DNA of 64,000 nucleotides. Source: Orbicella franksi (lineage: Eukaryota). The notes below the pieces were generated by a model, which worked only from the letters and a program-made list of their open reading frames with translations, did no database searches and was not told where the DNA came from. Location: positions 11,408,001 to 11,472,000 of the forward strand of contig OZ116705.1 in NCBI GenBank assembly GCA_964199315.1. The letters run 5' to 3'. Both the position numbers and the translations under genes were made by a program. This document shows positions 1-10,900 of this stretch, piece after piece (position 1 is the first letter of the stretch; each line of letters begins with the position of its first letter).

Positions 1-1388
1 TAATAAACCATTCATTTAAAACCTGTTTGATGTGATATCAGTGACTTTATTTGTTATTTTAATGCTGGGCATTTATCATCAAACTTTTGTCTGGCCTACA
101 AATGATACAAAATTCCCAGTTTTTCTCAGATTTTCCCAAAAATTCCAACCTATTTTCAAAAAATCCTACAAATTCCAAGTTATTCTCAGAAATTCCTAGG
201 AATTTTTGGGAATTTTAAGGAATTTTCAAGGTGAGTATATTTCAGTTGGAATTCCTAGGAATTCCGAGTCCGAATTACCGTGAAAATTCACACCTTACAT
301 TCCTAGGAATTCTTAAAGTTATCTCACAAGGGTTCTTCCTTGTGCAGGTAGCAAAAATAATGAGATTTATAACCACTCTAACCCTCCAGATAAGGTGGAG
401 TATTTTTAGGATTTCTCATGGGTATCATTTAAGTCACGTTTGTTTTATTTCACTTCTCCCTAAAAAGTTGAAAGGTGAAATTTCTCGAGTTTTTTCAGCT
501 TTTTGCTGTTTCCATAGGAAAATGTCAGATGCGCTGGTTAAGACTGGTAATTTTTTAAGTATAGTCAGTAAACCCTCTGTGATGCCATTTTGCAAAGTCC
601 ATTAGCAAAGAAAATAGACAAAGCATAATAGGATACTTACAGTAGTAAACACAAGCAATCATGATTTTGGCCCAATGTTTGCATAGGTTGAAGTCCAAAC
701 AAAACAGACATTTTACAACTTTTGGTATGGTGTGATGTGTGCTTTTAATTAACATTATTTTACGTCAAATGTATATTTAATAGCATATTTCTAATTGTAT
801 ATGGACCAAAAACTTAATGATCAGTAAGCCCACAGAAACATGCACTCCATCTTTATCCACTACATTGCAGTCCCATTAACACCTACAGACAGCCTGTCAC
901 TCGAGAAATAATTCATTTATCCCTTGCATATCTACATTGTATGTGTTTGCATCTTCTCTCTCGCTAAATCAGTGTTGTTTTATCTTAACATGTCCATTAG
1001 GTCCCTTTATCATAATATTCTCCTCTTTGGTATCATTCTCCATTTATTTAAAGCAAGCTTTCTTCTGTGGCTTTGTTTTGAAGAAAAAACTCATTATCTT
1101 TTAAAAAGCTGCTTTAATAGCTTTTGCTATCACTTGCCTACCAATAGTAGTTTCCATGTTGATATCATCATGTCCTGTAATGAAAATCTAGGCTCCAGAC
1201 GAGTGAGTTTCAGTTTGATGTGTTTCATTCTGTGGGAACAAACAATGTACATGCATGAGGTGACCATTAACTGCATTACATACATTCATTTGACATTTCT
1301 AATTTAAGTCTAAGTGACTACACAAACTTTCATACTCTTCATATCACCTGTTTTGTATATTGTACTCTGTGATATAGGAATTATTGTA

Positions 1389-1840
1389 CAGTCAAACCTT
1401 GATTATCTGTACCTCAATTATCCGAATTTCTCGATTATCTAGACTTTTTTTCTAGTCCCAATTTTGTCATGAATATTTATTAGTCACGATCAAGATCTGT
1501 AGCAATAATTATTCTGACTTTTGAAAACTATAGCATAGAAAAATGCAGTCAAAAGCGAGTTTGTTTTGCTTTTAAAGAGCAAAAGCAGCACTTACATGCG
1601 TCGTAACTAATAAAGAATACTCGAATGAGTTCTGATTGGCTAGGTGTTGAGTGGTTCAAGATGGACAGTAGACCATATTGTTTCCCAAATGATTTGTAAA
1701 GTGTTTTTTCACGATTAAATGTTGCTTTATTTAAAAAGTTTTGTTCTTCATTAATATCCATATTTTTGATTATCCATAGCCTCGATTATTCAGACTATTT
1801 CGTCTAGTCCCAAGGAGTCTGGATAATCGAGTTTCGACTG
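1389..1840. mobile_element. TA-flanked MITE (Tc1/mariner-pogo type, non-autonomous)
   Basis: Terminal inverted repeats CAGTCAAACCTTGATTATC ... GATAATCGAGTTTCGACTG, TA on both sides (1387-1388, 1841-1842), no ORF. Confidence 0.75.
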
Positions 1841-2935
1841 TAGCTATATCTATAATTCATCATTCATTGTGCAGTCACTTGAGTGTCCAACTGTATATCC
1901 TGTCACAACTAAATTTTGTAATTGGATAATGGATTCACACACCACTTACTTGTGCCTTACTGGCTTTATTCTCAGTGTTTCCTACAGTGTTAAAAATCTA
2001 TCAAAAACACTACCGAGTGTTTTTGTTTAAAAGAAATTTGTACTAAAGACTTTGTTACTGATGGGGTTATTAGTAATCAACCTTGTTCTACATGCTTGTC
2101 CGACTTGAAATTACACTCATGCGACAACACCCTGAATTGTGCTCCACTCAGTCGAATTACATATGGCTTATTGACCAAGCATGAGGTCAAGATGACTTGA
2201 TATTGGTCAAGCTCTATGTTTGCATGTTCACGGACCAAACCAGTCAAGGTCTGTTAACAAACAAAAAAGAACAAGGCCAATATTCAGCAATATTCACAGA
2301 ACATGTTAAGTCAGTATATGAGTTATTATATGTGATAAAGAACAATTTTATCTTATGGGACACAGCGCATAACCCCCACTGGCAAGATAGTGCCATTTTG
2401 CCTAATGGGGTAGCCAATCATAATGCAGGATTATCAGATTCAGGGAATTGTAATAATTTGATTAGAAGAATAACATCAACAATTTACAGGGAGTTTTATT
2501 AAGGGCCAAGCACTGGGCAAATTAACCGGCTACATGTGAGGATGATTTTGCCTGCCTGGTTTAACCATCTAGAGGGAAGTTTTACTTTAATATAAAGAAG
2601 TTTTGCCTACCTGTGGAAACCAGTTGCTCTATCTCCTGTTGAAAACTTTAATGAAAGCCCTACAATTTAGCTTTCAACTGGATTCAAAAATATGCACAGC
2701 TATTTGCTCTTGGGCGATATTTGTAATGAAAACCACCTTGTTATTGAAGCCCCAATGAAATGTTAAATTACATTGCCATGTGCTCAAATTCACCTTCTCA
2801 AAACGCTTCCGTCGTCTTACATTATTCTGGAAGTTCCTTTTCAATTTGAAGGACTAAATCTTACTTATGATACCGCAATATAAGACCAAGCCACAGAAGG
2901 GCAGATAAAAACAGAAAAACACCAAAATGTCTTAC

Positions 2936-2959
2936 CTTGCAAGACACTACACCCGCCAT
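2936..2959 (-). CDS. Possible first coding exon (MAGVVSCK) of an unidentified gene divergent from the cluster
   Basis: Minus-strand ATG at 2959 then 8 codons and a consensus donor AAG|GTAAGA, just downstream of a GC-richer promoter-like patch (~2960-3110). Downstream exons not resolved. Confidence 0.3.
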
Positions 2960-4918
2960 AATTGCGAAGATAGCGTGCCTCTGGACACGTGATCTTTGAT
3001 TGTGCTTTCTGTGTATGATGGGATACTCAACCGGCGGCCTGTTAAGGGACGGGAATCGGGATATCTTCCGGGTGTCTCTCGAAAGTGTCACGTGATTAGC
3101 TGTTTTCACACGTGCTGTTAATTATAACAGACCGTGTGCACGAATCGTTTTTATAAATTTAGAGCTTTTTCAAGCCATCGTCTTCTTTTGGTTAAGATAT
3201 CGAGCTGTATAAAGGACGTGGTACTGCTGTGGCTGTATCAAGCCACACTCAAGCATTATAAATAAGTCGTGTCGTTAAAATCATAGTCTGTCCAAAGACT
3301 TTAATCTTTTTGCTACGAGTTACTTTTTCTAGAGCGTGCGAGCAATGCGAGCGCGAGAATGTTTTTCCCTAGGGCCATCCCCTTGAAGCTTCTTGAGTTC
3401 GCGCTTTTCTCAAATCCCCTGTGGTTAACACTTTACTCAAGCCAAAATAGAGCGTCTGTGGACACACTATAATAAACACGTCTATTCTCAAACTTTCTTC
3501 AGAACCATTTCCTTGTGCTTAGTAAGATTATAAAAAAAAGCCTTTGTCTTTGATAGAAGGAATCAAACTCTACCTCCTTTCTTTTGAGCCCTTGGGATTT
3601 TTTTTATTTTAACGCGCAGTTGGCCAACTCGGACTGGCTGCGCACGAGGAGTGACAGTTTTTTAAACCACATGTTCCCGTCTAATGAAATTCATCTTTCC
3701 AGTCTTAACTTGACGCCTGAAAACTGAAGCATAATTAAAATTCAGTTCTTTGACTTTTAACTTTTAAACATCTTATGTGTGTCTACAGAATATAATCTTC
3801 AGTATCCTTCCTTTCATCAAAACTTCCTCTTCTTATTTAAATTTGAAGATAAGGTAAGCTCGAAGTTGCAATGACGTCTTGACATACTGATATTTATTCA
3901 ATATTTAGGCTAACTCAGTCAGAAGCCACCTTGAGCAAAAAAAAAAAAAAAACACTTTCACGGGAAAACAACGAAAGTTTGTGTTTAAATTTTCAACTAT
4001 ACCAAAACAAACGTAGAAAACACGGAGAATACCATGGAAACAGTAGGTTTGTAAAACACTTTCAAAAAAAACATGATTGGTTTTCATTTTTGAAACACAA
4101 AATAAAACGTCTTCGGAAAAATAAAGATAGTCGTATTTGTCTTGTTACGGTCACTTGACGACTGATAATATATATTTTTCTGGAGTATGGCAAAATTAGA
4201 CCCGGACAATCTGTTTACCACAGGGATCAATTTAAATTCAGTTGCTGGAGTGGCGTTTAATTAACTAACTTTTAATTTATAACAATCGCATGCTGAGCTG
4301 TAGAATGTAACGTGCGCGTTCAACATCCTATCCTTTGTCCAGACTTTAACAAAACCGAAGAATGTATAAATGGTTTTGTATTTCAATTTAAGCTTCATCA
4401 CAAACCAACTTGAACAAAAAAAACACATAACTCTAGAGAGAAACAACTACACAATGTTCAATACTCAATAAAAACAAAACAAAGATGAGGAACACTGAAA
4501 ATGTCCTGGAAATTCTATTTTTTTTTTAACCATGTGATTGTTAAAATATGAGTTTGGAACGTTTATTTCATTTGAGAACATATTCACCTATAAAGAGGCG
4601 CGCAAGATGGAAGCGTATTTGACAAAACCGCTGATCGAAATATTTAGCTTGTATTATACGTGCGTAATTTGAACGGGAAGTCTTAGTAACAGTAGGAGGA
4701 GTCAAACTGGCTTTCGCAGAAATAGCTCTGAATGGTTCATCTCTCACAGCTGGCACGTTTGCCACCCACAGAGACACAACACACCATCCTTCATTACACA
4801 GCGTTGACTCCTAAGGAGGCGTTATTTCGGCTACATATCTCCAGCTGGTGCTGTCTCAATATTATCTTGATATTTTCCACAGGCTTTGGGAACTGAAGAC
4901 ATCCGTTGTGCTTTAAAA

Positions 4919-7900
4919 ATGAATGTTTTTGGTCTCGTTGTTTTTCTGTCATGGATTTCAATAATGCTTCGTCCGACGCACTCGCAGGGTGAGTTCAAAA
5001 CTGTCCTTACATTTTAATTTATACTCTCTAATTGCCGCTTTATACACCCTGAAATTGTGTATCCTAACACCCACCAATTTCCCGGGTTCTTATCACGAAC
5101 TCTGCCTCATAAGAGGGTTGAGTTTGTTGTTGGTTCTTTCTCTTCCTCTCGTTGGCCTTTTTCCGGGGTACTCCAATTTTCCCCTCTTTATGAAAGCCGA
5201 CATTTTTAAATTTCGAATTTGATCAGGAATCCAAGCGCAACGGGTTTGTCGGTCGCAAGTTTGTTACATGCTGCCCTCCGCCGAGCATTTCACGTTAATA
5301 TTTTCTCGAATAAAACTTACGCGATATTTCATTAATCACTCACAAAAACGGAGAAAAATAACTGAGTATTTTGTGTAACATTTTTATCTCCTGTCTGCCT
5401 CGTTTGCGAGAGTAATTTTGGTCCTTAATTTACGATGCGCGAAGAGTGCAAAAGATAAGACCCATGGGAAAATATAAATGTTCTTATTTGGTTCAATTTT
5501 TTCGATGATGAATTTGGAAAGCTAATCTTCTCTTTCGATCCAAAACTTGCAGTTCAGTCATTTTTGGTTCCTTGTCTTTCGTGGAAGCTTTCTTTATTTA
5601 GCAATCTTCGGTATTTCATTAAGGATAGTTCTTGCCTGTGAAAATACTAAGACAGGTTTTAAGATAAAAGATTTGAAGTTCTCGATGCGTTAATTTTTTA
5701 AAAAAATAACATTTTAATAACTTTACCGGAATTTATTTGTAATTTACCTTCCAATTGTGTTGAGCATCTAAGAGGCAATTTGCACTAGATGGGAAGAGGG
5801 ATCTGTAAATGGCGTGTCTAAGTCGTATTATATCGCCTAATAAAGGATGATGCTGCATTTTAGGTCAAAAAATAGTCAAGGTAGTTGACTTATTGCTTTG
5901 TGTTTTGTGTGGACTTTGTGAACAAAAATCTTGGAAGTGCAGGAAACGTGCGAGGAGTTCAAACGGCAAATAATCGAGATGCAGGCTTTCTTGTTATAGT
6001 CGTAACAATCGTCTACTACAAGTGATGTTCTTAATTATGAACATAAATATGAACTTTTGCTGATTAGTTGTGCCCAAGCTTTTCGGTTTAATCGTCTGCT
6101 ATGAAGGTAATTATCCTTTGCGTCCTGTAGATCATTATCATCAAAAGAAAAAAAAAAGAGAAAGAAACAACGTCTTCCTCGCATAAAATCATGAATATCA
6201 ATGACAAAGCACTCGACTATTATTAAAGGAAGGTTTTGCTAATGACAGGTGGATTTGAAATATTGCGTTTTCTCCACGGTATAAAGACCCCTTCTGTCCA
6301 AATTAATGGCCCTAAAACTCCTCAATCAGGTCACGTTATGGAGAAAACATCTTTGTTACTTGTGTTGCAGTCTTTATGCTATGCTGTGATGCGTTTGTCT
6401 CTTCAGCCAGCGAACTCGTTTGTTTTGTTTCTCCTTTTTCCCGTTGTTTTCGTCTCTTTTTTCATATATTTTTCTTTTTTTACTTTGTAGTATTCTTTAA
6501 TGTGTTCGGACTGTAAATAGCAACGGTGAACGAATTAACCAGCCCTTGTCCAGCAAAAAAACCTGCGTTACAGGTTATTTAAGCGCATATTTTTTGTCGT
6601 AAATTTTCGACGCCGTCTCTAAAAAAGAGTGCTTGGAGGTTGAAGCAGAACATAAACACCAAACTAGTACGCGATCGATAGTAAAATAATTCACTAATTC
6701 AATGAGTGTTTAACATAAAGACAACTTACAAACAACTAGGGAAAAGGCAAAAGTTGACCCTCCCTCATTTCCTCCACGATTTATTAGAATGAAAACTGTT
6801 TCTCCGCGTCATTTTACATCGCTATGGCAACCGCATTTTGACATAAGAGTCAAGCCAAATTTTATCGCTTTCACAGAATTTGAGATGCATTGCAGAATTA
6901 GTATTTTTAACATTTCATTATCATTGTAGATTAAATTCCATCAATTTCCAATATTGTCGAATTCTGACTTGCTGAGATCATCAAGGGGACAGGGAAGGGG
7001 GGAAGGGGGGAGGGGTGGGGTGTGTTTCCAAAACAGTGTGAGGAAAATTTGAAACGTCATCATAGCTACCCCCTCAACGTATCCGTTACGAACCCTGCAT
7101 GCCATATTACTCAGTTGGTGTCATAGCTTTGAGCAATTTCGTTTGTTCAGTCAAATACTGAAACGTTCATGTATGCGTCGACTGAGTTTTTCACTTTCTT
7201 CCCCGGTGGATTCAAGCCGGTAATCAAAAGAATGCATTGTTTGTGTTGTTGTAAAATTCAATAATTCCGTCACCAGCCTCTCCCTAGTTACAGAGCTGGG
7301 CTGAGGTTATCTAATCGACGCAGCAATTGCTTTCAGTTTGATATAGTTCTACATTACTTTACTGTTTATCTTTGATTCTCTCCTTGTTTGCTTATCTTTT
7401 TGTTCATAGGCAGATAATTCGAGAAACACTTTTCAAGTGAAGACTATTAACCTTTTCACTGTTTTTATTTTATTGGTTTTCCTTGATTACAAGATTGACA
7501 GTTTGACACTTATTGTTTACGGCGCCAAATGAAACCCTCCAAGACTTAGCCTAGCTATGAGAGGTCGAGGCTTCTTAGGTTTGGCCACTGTTTGCTTCCA
7601 TCTAACAGTTATTTTTTTTTTAATTACGGTGCAAGATTAACATTTTATACAAGCCTCGATCTTTTTCTCTCTATATAAATGTCATAGCTTCAGAACCTAG
7701 CCAGAGGCTTTCTTACTCTGTAAGTATGAGTCTGGTCTTCACGCTGCTTGTGATGTGTCAGATGTCTTGTGAACTGAACGCTCAGCAGTGCAGAAGCGAA
7801 TATTCCATCCGTGGCATGATGTTAAAAGCGCATATCTTCGTGGCCAAGAAAACTGCAAACTGGTTGAAGTGTGTAGACAAGTGTAACCATGACATCAGAT

Positions 7901-10900
7901 GTCAAAGCTTTAACTACGTCATCAGCCAAGGCATATGTGAATTGAACAACCGCACCAAAGAAGCCAGACCTGAAGATTTTGTTCCGGACAGCGATCGGTT
8001 CTATATTAAACGATTAAAAGGAAGAGGTATTGTTCTTCGTTGAGTGTCTCTATCATTTTGAAGAAGACGCATTCGTATCCTATACAAGTAGACAGAATCT
8101 CTTTGAATTTCGAGGGCTGCTAACAAAGCCCGCAGCTTTCGTCAACAGAGCTTAACGATGGTGATGTTTAGTTATGACAGAAAAGGCTAAAAGAACAATG
8201 TTTTTGACTTTTCTATTTTTAGTTCCTCTTGGATCCGTTCCCGAGTTCCCAGCTGAGTCGTGCGCCGAGATCAGAGCCAGTGATAGGGAAGATGCAGTCA
8301 GCGGTAATTACTGGTTCGATTCAATTAAACCTGGCGAGGTGGTCCTGGCTCGTTGTGACATGTCTAAACTAGGTAACTTTACCTTGATTGAGTTCTTCCG
8401 CCTCTTCTAATAAACCACTGCTATAAAATACGTCAAACTCCAGGCTGTTTCTATGATTAGAGGCCCTTATAGTACACAAAATAAGCCATAATATCTACGA
8501 TAAGTGTAGCCTTTTAAGCTTAACTAAATTCTTACGATCTTTTACCTGTAATCAGGAGCCATAATCGGGGACGGAGACCGCAAGCGCGCGCTATTTCTAG
8601 TATTGGGGTTGTCCCCATGATATGGGACAATAATTCTATTTTTAGAACAAATTGCGCCATCGCCTGTGGCACACGCGCGTACATGCTGCGAGGATTTTTG
8701 CGGATGTCGCGCGGGGGAAATGGCGTCCGAAATTCCGAAATTTTTCATGTTTTTGGCCCAGAACTCAACGCGTTTACGTCTGTTGGAATTTTTCTTTACT
8801 ATTTTCGTCGTAAGCTGCTCCAGTTTGAGTGAAGTAAGACAGTGTCGAATTTAGGTATGTTCCGCTTCAAGCTTATATATATCGCTGACCAAGTTGTGTT
8901 CCGACGGATGCTTCTTTTACATGAACTGTACATTACTCCACTTTAAATTTCACATATGTTGAAGATTAACAGCTTTTCCATGACACAGCAAAAAACTAGC
9001 TGGATATATTTAGATATAGCAGAGCTTTAGGACTTCATAGTTTCCTAGCTCCTCTTGCCACACGCTTGCGAGCAATTTGCCAGTCTATCGCGACTGAAAA
9101 GTAAAACAAAATAATTGCTAGTTTGGTCAGTTTGAGTTTCGCCTGAATTGTAAGCAACGCTTGCTGTTTCATCAAGGCCCAATAACTTTACGTCCGTAGA
9201 TACTGCTCAGTTTTATTCGTGTAAAAATCCACCAAATTCTCTGTTGTCGATGAATGAGAGCGCCCGCCGATGCTTGTTTTGTACAGTCAGTAAACATGAC
9301 AAATTGTACTTGCGCCGCACTTTCGTGTGAAAACGTACATCGAACTCAAACAATAATTCTATGGTTTTTTAATATGTTTAAGATTGATAAATGTTTGAGA
9401 ACATATTAAAAGCTAAGCTGAAAATATGTGAATAAAGCAGAAATAATCAGCAAAGTTACGTTGACGCTTTCTTTAATCAACTTCGAACAACGATTTCGAT
9501 TTTGTTGATCGAGTTATCAAAACTTCTTGTTTATTTTCATTTTCGCAGTGTAAAACTTCACTATGCTTATGTTGAAGAAACCCACATGATGTTAGTAGCA
9601 TTTTTTGCGTTCGTGAAATTTGTTGCAGCATCTCAGCACAAAAGATAACGAAAGAAATCTTTGTCAAGATTTGTTGACAATTAAAAACACCGACTCGGAC
9701 TTGAAAGTGCACGAGCTGCACTATGCAAATGAGCTAATTGTACGCGTCAGACTTTCCTTTCAAAAACTTTTGCAAGCTCACCAAACAAGCAGAAACAATA
9801 AGAAACCATCAAAACAGGTTTTGGTTATGATTAACCATTGTCTGAGAAACTCACAAATTAACTCGATACCAGAGTAGAGAGTTTTCTTGCTATATTCTTA
9901 AGCATACGCGTGAGCTTACAACTAGCGTGAGCAGATCTTATTATTCATTCCCAGCGCGAGATTGAAGTCTTGTTTTCGACCCTGAAAAACCCACCTTTTC
10001 CGTTGGCTCAGAGCATAAAACTACATATAGGCGCCCTGGTTCGTATTCCCTGCCTTATTCCCTGCCATCGCTGTGAAAAATACGCAAGATAATCCCTCAA
10101 GGCCTCTCAACTCTCACCATTTGATCACGCAACGTGACAACATCCACGCGAGAGCCCCCGACATGTGCGTGGATCCGCGCGGATATATGACGTCAGGATG
10201 GCGCAATTTGTTCTAAAAATAGAAAAATTGTCCCATATCATAGGTGCGCGCGGATCCCAAGACTTACGGTCTCCGTCCCCGATTATGGCTCCTGCTGTAA
10301 TTTATGATAAGTGCCCATTAATGCAATAACGTGGTGTGTGCGGTAAAAAACTCTTCCAATAAGCGTCCTCCTTAGGAAAGTAACATTCAAGTCATGGACA
10401 TAGACTGTTTAATTTACGAGATGCTCTTCAAAAGAAACGCCAAGCCTGGCCTTAATACGCAATCGGACTTCATCCACGCAAAACTATTTGTTTAGAGTTA
10501 TAAGTGGTATCAGAGAGACAAAAATCCCTCTATAACTGACAACATCAATAACAACAGGATTTATATAGGTCATGAAGCTGAGAGCTACAAAGATGGGTTT
10601 CAGGTCTGCTATCTTCTCTCAACTAATAATTAACGGTCAAAGAGGCTCTATCTTCCCCTTGCAACTGACGGCGGGCGGCCAGAACCAGAAGATTCCCACC
10701 AAGCAAGAAATTGTCTGTAAAAAAGATAATTTAAGGAGCAGATCCGTTGCCATTCCCTGACTGGATTATGATAATGATGGATATCTGATAAAGATGTTTT
10801 GTTTTTCTTTATAACAAGCGAAAAACTCTGAAAGTTATATGAGTTAGTTACTGATCTCTTTTGCCTATTTGTTCCGGACCGGGCTCCGTCAAATATAACA

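Noticed and set aside
140-605. AATTCCTAGGAATT palindromic motifs and the 124-aa ORF at 231-605
   Set aside because: Low-complexity repeat-like sequence with no recognisable domain; ends cannot be defined at the window edge.
555-1350. Possible further minus-strand exons (donor GTAAGT near 638; acceptors near 880, 1174, 1347)
   Set aside because: No consistent reading frame or recognisable protein could be assembled.
6984-7025. G-rich tracts with G-quadruplex potential (also ~50025-50052, ~63016-63036)
   Set aside because: Intronic, within or like common MITE G-runs, not conserved across paralogs.
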